Positions 17,224 through 26,269 of a DNA stretch of 54,806 bases are shown piece by piece. Position 1 is the first letter of the stretch. Each line of letters begins with the position of its first letter. Origin of the DNA: Bradyrhizobium sp. (GTDB lineage: Bacteria > Pseudomonadota > Alphaproteobacteria > Rhizobiales > Xanthobacteraceae); NCBI RefSeq assembly GCF_049586575.1, contig NZ_JBAVCF010000417.1, positions 1-54,806 on the forward strand, given 5' to 3'. The notes under the pieces are model-generated. The model made no database searches. It had not been told where the DNA came from and saw nothing but the letters and a program-made list of their open reading frames with translations. The translations under genes and the position numbers were made by a program.

Positions 17224-17509
17224 CTACGCATTCACCTTGGCATGACCGCCGAGATAGGCGGCGCGGATGGCTTCATTGCCCCAGGATGTTCATTCGACCG
17301 ACGCGTTTGGAACAGCGGGCGGCAAGGCTTTGTCAGCGGCTCTGGAAAAATTGGGCACACCGGCCGTGCTCGACCAGGGTTATGCCAATCAGAGTCAGGA
17401 CTATGCCGATTTTGATCGTGGAAGCCCGCGCGTTGGCGGCGGTGATGACATAGGGCGCAGCGATGCCCGCAGCCAAACCGGCCGCAAATTCGCGTCTTGT
17501 CAGTCTCAT
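17224..17509 (-). pseudogene. Scar of a Liv-type ABC transporter operon: binding-protein 5' stub, inverted internal binding-protein fragment, LivF 3' stub
   Basis: Minus from 17509: MRLTRREFAAGLAAGIAAPYVITAANARASTIKIG (Tat signal, GGGAGG RBS). Plus 17288-17401: VHSTDAFGTAGGKALSAALEKLGTPAVLDQGYANQSQD. Minus 17283-17224: WGNEAIRAAYLGGHAKVNA*. Confidence 0.8.
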
Positions 17510-17726
17510 TCAATCCTCCCTGGAACCGTGCTTTTTCGCCGGTTCTTATTGGTTTTTCGCGTTATGCCCGCAAAACCTGCGGCGCGATCCGTGTACTTAC
17601 GAACTCTTGTATCCTAGTAAATTGATATTGCCGCGATTTGGGGCGGCGGCTCAAGCTCCGTATCTCATCCCTGCAATGCGGTAATGAACGATGCCTAAAT
17701 GCTCGGCAGATAGGGATTTGCGTTTG

Positions 17727-18248
17727 CTATTCGTCTTCCGAGGACGCGCCATTCTTTACCGCGAGCGCCGCCAGGCTATCTTCCAATAGGACCAGCATGT
17801 CCTGAAGTTCGGCGAGCTTTTGCGCGCCGCAGTGCTGCGTAATCGCGGCATAGATGGCTTCAGAGGTCGGCGCGACAAGTTCGATCAGCTTCACCCCTTT
17901 TTGGGAAATCGAGACGACGCTACGCCGCAGATCGGCCTTCGCCGTTCGGCGCTCGATGAGCTGGCGCGCCTCGAGATCGCGCAAGATCCGCGACAGGCTT
18001 GGACCGAGCAGAAAGGCGACACGTGCCAATTCGGTCACTTCGATCGTATCGACCGCCGCCAGCGCCCGCAGAATCCGCCACTGTTGTTCGGTCAACCCGT
18101 GACGGCGCAGCGACGGGCGGAATTGCTTCATCACCGCTTCCCGCGCGCGCAAGAGCGACATCGGCAGCGATTTGGAAAAGTCCCGCATCGGAATGCGGCG
18201 CTCGACCGGGTGCGCGCCTTCACTCCCGGCCGGTTTTTTTTGCGTCAT
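17727..18248 (-). CDS. hpaR: MarR-family regulator of homoprotocatechuate degradation
   Basis: SLPMSLLRAREAVMKQFRPSLRRHGLTEQQWRILRAL and LLGPSLSRIL; divergent from hpaF/E/D. Confidence 0.9.
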   Translation of the reverse strand: MTQKKPAGSEGAHPVERRIPMRDFSKSLPMSLLRAREAVMKQFRPSLRRHGLTEQQWRILRALAAVDTIEVTELARVAFLLGPSLSRILRDLEARQLIERRTAKADLRRSVVSISQKGVKLIELVAPTSEAIYAAITQHCGAQKLAELQDMLVLLEDSLAALAVKNGASSEDE

Positions 18249-18335
18249 CGTCGTGTCCTTGGCCCGAACAATATCGATCCCACGCAATCGGGAGGTTGCA
18301 CCGCACAAACTCCAATTTGATTTGCCCGGCACAAT

Positions 18336-18347
18336 TTAACATGTTAA
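18336..18347. promoter_or_regulatory. Probable HpaR operator
   Basis: Perfect AT-rich palindrome TTAACATGTTAA between hpaR and the hpa genes. Confidence 0.65.
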
Positions 18348-18383
18348 TCATATTCCGGCATCCAGATTTTTACGTTCCTCACC

Positions 18384-18445
18384 AAGGGCGACACAATCCA
18401 TGTCGATGATGGCGTCTCCCGCCCCGTGAGCCGCTATTCGCCTCA
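18384..18445 (+). pseudogene. hpaH: Decayed 3' stub of a HpaH-like hydratase gene
   Basis: Translates as KGDTIHVDDGVSRPVSRY, resembling the HpaH end as I recall it (KGDT-x2-ADYG-x2-G-x-VSCYF); lies just before hpaF with no start or body. Confidence 0.5.
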
Positions 18446-18474
18446 TCGAAAGCGTCAAGTGGAGTAGCCTCGCC

Positions 18475-18873
18475 ATGCCGCATTTTTCGATCGAATACTC
18501 CGCCAATCTCGATACACGCGTCGATATGGCAAAGGTAGTGGAAGTCGTCCGCAAGGCAGCGGTCGAGACCGGCACCTTTCCCCTCGGCGGCATCCGTGTC
18601 CGTGCAGTGCGATGCGAGCATTCCGCGATCGGCGACGGCAATCCGGAATTTGGCTTCCTCGACATGGTGCTGCGGCTCGGCGAAGGCCGTGATCTTCAAA
18701 CCCGCAAAAAAGCAGGCGAGCATGTTTTCCGCGCGCTGTCGGCCTGCCTCGATCCGGTTTTTGCCCAAAGCAAGTTCGCATTGTCATTCGACATGCAGAT
18801 CAATGACAAGGAAACCAGCTGGAAGCGCAACAACATTCACGAGGCTTTGAAAGCCGAGGCCGCACATGGATAA
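18475..18873 (+). CDS. hpaF: 5-carboxymethyl-2-hydroxymuconate isomerase
   Basis: MPHFSIEYSANL (catalytic Pro-1), FPLGGIRVRA, WKRNNIH. Confidence 0.93.
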   Translation: MPHFSIEYSANLDTRVDMAKVVEVVRKAAVETGTFPLGGIRVRAVRCEHSAIGDGNPEFGFLDMVLRLGEGRDLQTRKKAGEHVFRALSACLDPVFAQSKFALSFDMQINDKETSWKRNNIHEALKAEAAHG

Positions 18874-20404
18874 ACCGACGCCGAAATCCGACCAGTTTCA
18901 AGCCAACCTCGAGCGTTCAGCGCCGCTGCTTGCGAAACTCAAAGCCGACGGCATCTCGCACATGATCGGCGGCAAGAGCGTGCCGTCGATTTCCGGCGCC
19001 AGCTTCGAGACCCGATCGCCGATCGACAGCGCCGTGCTTGCAAACGTGGCGCGCGGCAACGCTGAAGACATTGACCGCGCCGCAACTGCCGCCAGCCTCG
19101 CTTTCAAGGCCTGGCGCGATATTGGCGCCGCGATGCGGCGGAAGCTGTTGCGTCGCGTGGCCGACGCCATCGAAGATCATGCCGACGACATCGCCGTGCT
19201 CGAATGCATCGATACCGGTCAGGCTTATCGCTTCATGGCGAAAGCGGCGATCAGGGCGGCGGAGAACTTCCGCTTCTTCGCCGACAAATGCGCGGACGCC
19301 CGCGACGGGCTCAATATGCCCAGCGAAGAACACTGGAATGTTTCGACGCGCGTGCCGATCGGCCCCGTCGGCGTCATCACGCCATGGAATACGCCGTTCA
19401 TGCTCTCGACCTGGAAGATTGCGCCGGCGCTCGCCGCCGGTTGCACGGTCGTGCACAAGCCCGCCGAATGGTCGCCGGTCACCGCTGACCTGCTGGCCAA
19501 GCTCGTCAAGCAGGCGGGCCTGCCGGACGGCGTCCTCAATACGGTTCACGGCCTGGGCGAGGAGGCCGGCAAGGCGCTGACCGAACATCCGGCGATCAAG
19601 GCGATTGGATTTGTCGGCGAAAGCGCGACCGGTTCGGCGATCATGGCGCAGGGCGCGCCGACCTTGAAGCGGGTGCATTTCGAGCTCGGCGGCAAGAATC
19701 CGGTGATCGTGTTCGACGACGCCAATCTCGATCGCGCGCTGGATGCGGTCGTCTTCATGATCTACTCGCTGAATGGCGAGCGTTGCACATCCTCCAGCCG
19801 GCTCCTTGTCCAGCAGAGCATTGCAGACAAATTCATCGAGAAGCTCGCCGCCCGCGTAAAGGCGCTCAAGGTCGGTCATCCGCTCGATCCCGCAACAGAA
19901 ATTGGGCCGCTGATCCACGAGCGGCACCTGGCAAAGGTCTGCCGCTATTTCGACGTGGCGCAGAAAGATGGCGCGGTCATCGCCGTCGGCGGAGCGCCGC
20001 ATGACGGTCCCGGCGGCGGACATTATGTGCAACCGACGCTCGTCACCGGCGCGAGCCGCGGCATGCGTGTGGCGCAGGAAGAGGTGTTCGGACCATTCCT
20101 GACCGTCATCCCGTTCCGCGATGAGGCCGATGCCGTCGACATCGCCAACGACGTGAAATACGGACTCACCGGCTACGTCTGGACATCAGATATGGGCCGG
20201 GCGTTGCGCGTCGCGGATGCGCTGGAAGCCGGCATGATCTGGCTGAATTCGGAAAACGTCCGTCATTTGCCGACACCGTTTGGGGGCATGAAGGCGTCCG
20301 GCATCGGCCGCGATGGCGGCGACTATTCCTTCGATTTCTACATGGAAACAAAGCATGTCTCGCTGGCGCGCGGCACGCACAAGATCCAGAAACTGGGGAT
20401 TTAG
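18866..20404 (+). CDS. hpaE: 5-carboxymethyl-2-hydroxymuconate semialdehyde dehydrogenase
   Basis: RAAENFRFFAD, ITPWNTPFMLSTWKIAPALA, ELGGKNP, SLNGERCT, NVRHLPTPFGG; hpa context. Confidence 0.95.
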   Translation: MDKPTPKSDQFQANLERSAPLLAKLKADGISHMIGGKSVPSISGASFETRSPIDSAVLANVARGNAEDIDRAATAASLAFKAWRDIGAAMRRKLLRRVADAIEDHADDIAVLECIDTGQAYRFMAKAAIRAAENFRFFADKCADARDGLNMPSEEHWNVSTRVPIGPVGVITPWNTPFMLSTWKIAPALAAGCTVVHKPAEWSPVTADLLAKLVKQAGLPDGVLNTVHGLGEEAGKALTEHPAIKAIGFVGESATGSAIMAQGAPTLKRVHFELGGKNPVIVFDDANLDRALDAVVFMIYSLNGERCTSSSRLLVQQSIADKFIEKLAARVKALKVGHPLDPATEIGPLIHERHLAKVCRYFDVAQKDGAVIAVGGAPHDGPGGGHYVQPTLVTGASRGMRVAQEEVFGPFLTVIPFRDEADAVDIANDVKYGLTGYVWTSDMGRALRVADALEAGMIWLNSENVRHLPTPFGGMKASGIGRDGGDYSFDFYMETKHVSLARGTHKIQKLGI

Positions 20405-20409
20405 CCGCG

Positions 20410-21393
20410 ATGCCCGTTCCGCAACATGTCTTCGATCCCCCCTTCAACATCGTCAGAAGCAGCCACGCAATCCTTGACGTGGTGGATCTGAATGCAAGCT
20501 GCCAATTCTACGAAAACGCCGTCGGCTTGCATGTCGAGGACCGCGGCAACACGGCGATCTATCTGCGCGGCAGCGAGGAACACCAGCATCACTCGCTGGT
20601 GCTGCGCAAAGCACCGCACGCCGCCTGCCATCGTCTGGGCTTCAAGGTCGGCACGGAAGAAGACCTCGACAAGGCGGCAGCGTTCTTTTCGCAGAACGGC
20701 GTCGCTTACGCTTTTGTCGAACAACCGTTCCAGGGCCGCACCCTGCAATTCTCAGATCCCTTCGGTTTCCGCATCGAACTCTATGCCGTCATGGACAAGC
20801 GTCCGCATCTGCTGCGCCGCTACGATCTCTACAAAGGCTGCCACCCGCAGCGGCTCGATCACTTCAACGTCTTTGCCGCCGAGGTGCAGGATACGGTCGA
20901 TTTCGACGCGCGGCTCGGCTTTCGATTGACCGAGTACGCCGAGGAAGACGGGCCGGAGCGGCGGATCGCGGCCGCATGGCTGCATCGCAAGGGCAATGTA
21001 CACGATTTCGCGATCACCAACGGCAAGGGCCCTCGCCTGCACCATTTCGCCTACTGGGTGCCCACCGCCATGAACATTCTGCATCTGTGCGATGTGATGG
21101 CATCGAGCGGATACCTCAAGAATATCGAGCGCGGGCCCGGCCGGCATGGTATCTCGAACGCGTTCTTCCTTTACGTCCGCGACCCCGATGGTCACCGCCT
21201 TGAACTCTACACCAGCGACTACTTCACCGGCGATCACGACCATACCCCGATGCGCTGGTCATTGAACGATCCGCGCAGGCAGACGCTGTGGGGCGCACCG
21301 GCCCCGCGCTCGTGGTTCGAACAGGGATCGCCGTTTCCGGACCAGGCTGTGCGCGAACCGCAGTTCGTCGCCGACGTGACAGTGGCTGATTAG
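20410..21393 (+). CDS. hpaD: 3,4-dihydroxyphenylacetate 2,3-dioxygenase (VOC extradiol type)
   Basis: YLRGSEEHQHHSLVL, RLDHFN, WLHRKGNVHD, LHHFAY, ERGPGRHGISNAFFLYVRDPDGHRLELY; His-His-Glu ligands present. Confidence 0.95.
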   Translation: MPVPQHVFDPPFNIVRSSHAILDVVDLNASCQFYENAVGLHVEDRGNTAIYLRGSEEHQHHSLVLRKAPHAACHRLGFKVGTEEDLDKAAAFFSQNGVAYAFVEQPFQGRTLQFSDPFGFRIELYAVMDKRPHLLRRYDLYKGCHPQRLDHFNVFAAEVQDTVDFDARLGFRLTEYAEEDGPERRIAAAWLHRKGNVHDFAITNGKGPRLHHFAYWVPTAMNILHLCDVMASSGYLKNIERGPGRHGISNAFFLYVRDPDGHRLELYTSDYFTGDHDHTPMRWSLNDPRRQTLWGAPAPRSWFEQGSPFPDQAVREPQFVADVTVAD

Positions 21394-21407
21394 AATACGG
21401 AGACCTT

Positions 21408-22172
21408 ATGAAGATGTCGTTGATTGTCGCAGCCGCCTCAATGCTCGGACTGACGACAGCCCTGTCACCGATGAGCGGCGCGCATGCCGCCGAGTTGAGA
21501 GTGCTGGCGGGCGGCTCGCTGCGAAGCTTGTTGACCGACCTGGGCCCGAAGTTCGAGCAAGCCTCCGGCCACAAGCTCGTCATCCACTTCGACACCACGC
21601 CCAATCTGATCAAGGCAGCGTCTAGCGGCGAACCCTTCGACGTCGGCGTCGTGCCGATCGACGTTTTCTATGACGCTGACGCAAAGAGCCATTTTACGCC
21701 GCCGGTCGAATTTGCCCGCGTCGGCTATGGCGTCGCGGTCCGCTCGGGAGCGCCAAAGCCGGATATCAGCACGCCAGCGGCCTTCAAGAAGACGCTGCTC
21801 GACGCAAAATCGATCACGTTTCTGCCGGCAAGCGCGGCTGGCTCGTATATTTTGAGGCTTTTCGAGCGGCTTGGCATCGAAGACCAGATGCGGGCCAAGA
21901 CCATTGCCCAGGACCAACCGACCGGAATTGTCCCGGCCGTCGTCAATGGCGATGCGGAACTGGTGGTGTTCGTGAATAACGTCCTGACCGCCCCGGGCAT
22001 CGACATCGTCGGCCCCTTCCCCGCCAAATACCAGCAGGAGCTGGTATTCCCGGCTGCTCTTGCGGTCGATACCAAGCAAAAAGATGCCGCCAAGGCTTTC
22101 ATCGACTTCATCATGTCGCCGGCGGCCGCCGTCATCGTCAAGGCCAAGGGCATGACCCCCGGCCAAGGCTAA
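21408..22172 (+). CDS. Orphan ModA-like periplasmic binding protein
   Basis: Signal peptide ending AHA; ELRVLAGGS, FEQASGHKL, GVAVRSGAPKPDIST, VGPFPAKYQ; no permease or ATPase adjacent. Confidence 0.85.
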   Translation: MKMSLIVAAASMLGLTTALSPMSGAHAAELRVLAGGSLRSLLTDLGPKFEQASGHKLVIHFDTTPNLIKAASSGEPFDVGVVPIDVFYDADAKSHFTPPVEFARVGYGVAVRSGAPKPDISTPAAFKKTLLDAKSITFLPASAAGSYILRLFERLGIEDQMRAKTIAQDQPTGIVPAVVNGDAELVVFVNNVLTAPGIDIVGPFPAKYQQELVFPAALAVDTKQKDAAKAFIDFIMSPAAAVIVKAKGMTPGQG

Positions 22173-22199
22173 AGGTCCGCACATCGGCTTGAGACATTC

Positions 22200-23072
22200 A
22201 TGATTCCTTCCCGCATCGCCACCTTTGCCGTCAACGGCTCCACAAAATACGGCGCCGTGACCGATCGCGGGATCGTCGATCTCTCCGCGCGTTGGGTTAC
22301 GGACTTCCCGACCTTGCGCGAGGTCGTCGCGGGCGGCGCGCTGACAAGACTCGCGGAGGACGCCGCGCGTCTTCCGGCTGATTATGCGATCGATGACATC
22401 ACATGGCTGCCGCCGATACCGGCGCCGGAAAAGATCATTTGTATCGGCGTCAACTACCCCGATCGCAACGCCGAGTATAAAGACGGCTCGGACGCACCGA
22501 AATATCCGAGCATGTTCCTGCGGACCCCACGTTCGTTTGTCGGTCACAACACACCACTTGTGCGGCCGAAGACATCCGCTCAACTCGACTATGAGGGCGA
22601 ACTGGTGCTCGTGATCGGCAAGGCCGGCCGGCATATCGCGGAGATCGACGCGCTCGATCACATCGCTGCAATCACCCTCTGCAACGAGGGCACCATCCGC
22701 GATTGGGTCCGTCACGCCAAATTCAACGTCACCCAGGGCAAGAATTTCGATTCTACCGGAAGCCTTGGCCCGTGGCTTGTTCCCTATATCAACGAATCGC
22801 AGATTGCCGATGTGAGGCTGACGACCCGGGTCAATGGCGAGACGCGGCAGGATGATCGCACCTCACGGCTGATCTTCGGCTTTCGCTATCTGATCCATTA
22901 TATTTCGACGTTCACCACGCTCGTGCCGGGCGATATCATCGTCACGGGCACGCCAACCGGCGCCGGCGCGCGGTTCGATCCGCCGCGTTACCTGAAGCCC
23001 GGCGACGTCATCGAAGTTGAAGCCGAAGATATCGGCGTGTTGCGCAACAGCGTGATCGACGAAACTGCGTGA
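22200..23072 (+). CDS. Fumarylacetoacetate hydrolase-family protein (probable HpaG-type decarboxylase/isomerase)
   Basis: KIICIGVNY, LDYEGEL, CNEGTIRDW, GKNFD, TLVPGDIIVTGTPTG. Confidence 0.92.
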   Translation: MIPSRIATFAVNGSTKYGAVTDRGIVDLSARWVTDFPTLREVVAGGALTRLAEDAARLPADYAIDDITWLPPIPAPEKIICIGVNYPDRNAEYKDGSDAPKYPSMFLRTPRSFVGHNTPLVRPKTSAQLDYEGELVLVIGKAGRHIAEIDALDHIAAITLCNEGTIRDWVRHAKFNVTQGKNFDSTGSLGPWLVPYINESQIADVRLTTRVNGETRQDDRTSRLIFGFRYLIHYISTFTTLVPGDIIVTGTPTGAGARFDPPRYLKPGDVIEVEAEDIGVLRNSVIDETA

Positions 23073-23094
23073 TCGCTACGGATTGGATAGTTCA

Positions 23095-24720
23095 ATGCCC
23101 CTGAGCTCCGGTGGAGAAGCCATTGTCGACGGCCTGATTGCGCACAGCGTCGACACCGTGTTTGGCCTTCCCGGCGCACAAATTTACGGACTGTTTGATG
23201 CCTTCCAGCAAGCCCAGCTGAAGGTGATCGGCGCGCGGCACGAGCAGGCCTGCGGCTACATGGCCTTCGGCTATGCGCGTTCAAGCGGCAAGCCGGGCGT
23301 CTTTAGCGTGGTTCCGGGCCCCGGCGTACTCAACGCAAGCGCGGCGTTGTTGACGGCCTTTGGGTCGAACGAACCCGTGCTCTGCCTGACGGGCCAAGTG
23401 CCCACCGCCTATCTCGGCAAGGGCCGCGGCCATTTGCATGAAATGCCGGACCAGCTTGCGACGCTGCGCACCTTCGTGAAATGGGCCGACCGCATCGAAT
23501 ATCCAGCCCATGCGCCCGCGCTGGTCGCGCGCGCATTCCAGGAGATGCTGTCGGGGCGCCGCGGCCCGGTTTCACTGGAGATGCCGTGGGACGTGTTCAC
23601 GCAAAAGGCCGAGGTCGGCGCTCCCGAGGTGTTCGCTCCATTCCGCGCGCCCCCGCCTGATTTGGACCGGATCAAATCCGCGGCGAGCCTGATCGCGGCG
23701 AGCAAAGCGCCGATGATCTTCGTTGGCTCCGGTGCGATCGCGGCCGGCCCTGAAATTCTGGAACTGGCCGAGCTGATCGATGCCCCGGTGGTGGCGTTCC
23801 GCAGCGGGCGCGGCATCGTTTCCAATGCCCACGAACTCGGACTGACCATGGCCGCGGCCTACAAGTTATGGCCAAAAACCGATCTCATGATCGGGATCGG
23901 GACCCGGCTCGAATTGCCGACCATGACGCGGTGGCCGTTTCGCCCCGACGGACTGAAGTCCGTCCGCATCGATATCGATCCCACGGAAATGCGGCGGTAT
24001 TCGCCAGACGCAGCGATCGTGGCTGACGCAACGGCCGGCACAGCAGAGCTGTTGGCCGCGGTGCGAAAAGCTGGCTACGCCAAGACCAGCGGTCGCCGCG
24101 CAGCAATCCGTGAGGCATCGGCGGCGACGCTGAAAGAGATCCAGAAGATCCAGCCGCAGATGGCCTATCTGAACATCTTGCGCGAGGTGTTACCGTCGAA
24201 TGCGATCGTCACGGACGAGCTGTCGCAAGTCGGTTTTGCTTCCTGGTATGGCTTCCCCGTCTACGAACCACGGACATTCATCAGTTCCGGATATCAGGGC
24301 ACGCTCGGCGCAGGTTTTCCGACCGCGCTTGGGGCCAGGGTCGCCCACCCCGACCGGCCGGTGGTTGCGATCACGGGCGATGGCGGTTTCATGTTCGGGG
24401 TGCAGGAACTCGCGACTGCCGTGCAATTCAAGATCGGCGTTGTCGTGCTTGTGTTCAACAACAACGCCTACGGCAATGTGCGGCGCGACCAGCGCGAGCG
24501 CTTCGATGGCCGCATCGTCGCGTCCGATCTCGTCAATCCGGACTTCGTGAAACTCGCGGAGTCCTTTGGCGTCGGCGCAGCTCGTGTCACCTCGCCCGAT
24601 CAATTCCGGCCGGCGCTGGAGATGGCGCTGGCCGATGGCGGTCCCTATCTGATCGACATCGAAGTGCCGAGGGACTCCGAAGTCAGCCCCTGGGCCTTCA
24701 TCCATCCGGCGAAACCATAA
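23095..24720 (+). CDS. Thiamine diphosphate-dependent enzyme (acetolactate synthase/decarboxylase-like)
   Basis: VFGLPG, ARHEQACGYMA, GPGVLN, and the ThDP motif GDGGFMF...NNNAYG. Confidence 0.93.
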   Translation: MPLSSGGEAIVDGLIAHSVDTVFGLPGAQIYGLFDAFQQAQLKVIGARHEQACGYMAFGYARSSGKPGVFSVVPGPGVLNASAALLTAFGSNEPVLCLTGQVPTAYLGKGRGHLHEMPDQLATLRTFVKWADRIEYPAHAPALVARAFQEMLSGRRGPVSLEMPWDVFTQKAEVGAPEVFAPFRAPPPDLDRIKSAASLIAASKAPMIFVGSGAIAAGPEILELAELIDAPVVAFRSGRGIVSNAHELGLTMAAAYKLWPKTDLMIGIGTRLELPTMTRWPFRPDGLKSVRIDIDPTEMRRYSPDAAIVADATAGTAELLAAVRKAGYAKTSGRRAAIREASAATLKEIQKIQPQMAYLNILREVLPSNAIVTDELSQVGFASWYGFPVYEPRTFISSGYQGTLGAGFPTALGARVAHPDRPVVAITGDGGFMFGVQELATAVQFKIGVVVLVFNNNAYGNVRRDQRERFDGRIVASDLVNPDFVKLAESFGVGAARVTSPDQFRPALEMALADGGPYLIDIEVPRDSEVSPWAFIHPAKP

Positions 24721-24728
24721 GAATTACG

Positions 24729-25382
24729 TCACCGAATCTTGCGGAACGTCAGATTGAGGCGTTGCGATCCCATGATCGGATGCTCGCCATCGGCCAGCGG
24801 CGCGACGCCATGAAAGAACAGCCGCGACGGCCCGCCCCACACCGCGATATCGCCATGCTCCAGGCGAAATCGCCGCGGCTTGTCGCTGCGTTTTAATCCG
24901 CCGAACAGGAAAATCGCAGGCAAGCCCAGCGACACCGAGACGATTGGCGCTGCGAAATCGAGCTCGTCCTTGTCCTGATGCAGCGACATCTTCGCACCGG
25001 GCAGGTAGCGGTTGATCAAACAGACGTCCGGCGCAAATCCGCCAAAGCCGGCACGGCCAGCGGCGCGCTCCGCAAGATCACGGAGCAGCAGCGGCATCGT
25101 GGGCCAAGGCTTGCCGCTTTCGGGATCGACAGCGTGATAGCGATAACCGGTGCGATCGGTGACCCAACCGGCATTGCCGCAGTTGGTCATTGCGACCGAC
25201 ATCTGATGACCGCCGGGCGTCACCATGTGCCGAAACGGCGCCGCGCCTACGATGTCGCGAAGGGCGGCAATCAGCTCGGCCTCGGCCTTACCGACGAATC
25301 CGCGCAACAGCACAGCGCCTTCGGCCATCACCTCCTGGGACGACTGCCTCTCGGTAAGCCTTGCAAACAAATCCGCCGTCAA
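24729..25382 (-). CDS. alkB: DNA oxidative demethylase AlkB
   Basis: PFRHMVTPGGHQMSVAMTNCG, CLINRY, SLHQDKDE (HxD), FFHGV, RLNLTFR; TTG start. Confidence 0.95.
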   Translation of the reverse strand: MTADLFARLTERQSSQEVMAEGAVLLRGFVGKAEAELIAALRDIVGAAPFRHMVTPGGHQMSVAMTNCGNAGWVTDRTGYRYHAVDPESGKPWPTMPLLLRDLAERAAGRAGFGGFAPDVCLINRYLPGAKMSLHQDKDELDFAAPIVSVSLGLPAIFLFGGLKRSDKPRRFRLEHGDIAVWGGPSRLFFHGVAPLADGEHPIMGSQRLNLTFRKIR

Positions 25383-25394
25383 CGCGAGAGGCCC

Positions 25395-26141
25395 TCACTT
25401 GGCATCGTGGAAGATCACACCGACCGTATGACGGCGACCCGATCGGATTCGGCTCACGCCATGACGCATATTGACACGGTAAAAGCCGCGCGTCCCCTGC
25501 ACCGGACGGACATGCACGGCAAATGCGACGCCGTCGCCCTGGGTTAACGGCACCACATCCGCGCGCGACTGCATCCGCGGCCGCTGCTCGGTCAGCACGA
25601 ACTCCCCGCCCTCGAAATCGCTGCGCGGTTCCGACAACAGAATGGCGACCTGCAACGGAAACACATGTTCGCCATAGAGATCCTGATGCAGGCAATTGTA
25701 GTCGCCTTCCCCATATTGCAGCATCAGCGGCGTCGGCCGAAGCTGGCCCGCTTTATGGCATCGGGCCAAGAACGTTTCGTGGCTTTCGGGATACCGGATA
25801 TCGATATCCATGGCCTCGTTCCAGCGGTTGGCGATGGGCTGAAGGCGCGAATAGAGTGCGGGGCGCAAGTCTGCGATCGGCTGCGGCAGCGGATAGGAAA
25901 AATATTTGTATTCGCCGCGACCGAAGCCATGACGGCCCATCACGATCCGGCTACGAAATATCTTGTCCTCGGGATAGCGCGCCGCCAGCGCCCGGCATTC
26001 TTCCGCCGTGAGCAAACCTTTGAGCACGGCGCAACCCTGCGCATCGAGATCGCTTGCGGCCTGCGTCCAGTCGATGGCAGCCACGCGGGCGGCGATATCG
26101 GTTTCAAATCGGGAAACAATGTTTTGTGCAGATGTCTTCAT
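25395..26141 (-). CDS. 2OG-Fe(II) oxygenase (DUF2086-type)
   Basis: GFGRGEYKYF, RPTPL, NCLHQDLYG (HxD), LTEQRPRMQSR, MRHGVS, GVIFHDA. Confidence 0.9.
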   Translation of the reverse strand: MKTSAQNIVSRFETDIAARVAAIDWTQAASDLDAQGCAVLKGLLTAEECRALAARYPEDKIFRSRIVMGRHGFGRGEYKYFSYPLPQPIADLRPALYSRLQPIANRWNEAMDIDIRYPESHETFLARCHKAGQLRPTPLMLQYGEGDYNCLHQDLYGEHVFPLQVAILLSEPRSDFEGGEFVLTEQRPRMQSRADVVPLTQGDGVAFAVHVRPVQGTRGFYRVNMRHGVSRIRSGRRHTVGVIFHDAK

Positions 26142-26269
26142 GCCGGCTATCGTGGCAAATCGGGATCGCTCGGGCCACCCGATTTCCGGCTGAGTTTCAT
26201 CATCGGAAGTGCGCTCCCTCTCCCGATTGGAGAGGTAAAGCGGCGTCCGCGGCGTTCAGACGCGCGTCT

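Noticed and set aside
17232..17617. Track ORFs 17232-17513 (-) and 17267-17617 (+) as genes
   Set aside because: Chance frames across the ABC scar; only 17288-17401 is protein-like.
20896..20925. HpaD DFDARLGF, where I expected an aromatic residue at the second Asp
   Set aside because: Single substitution away from the metal ligands; cannot be judged without an alignment.
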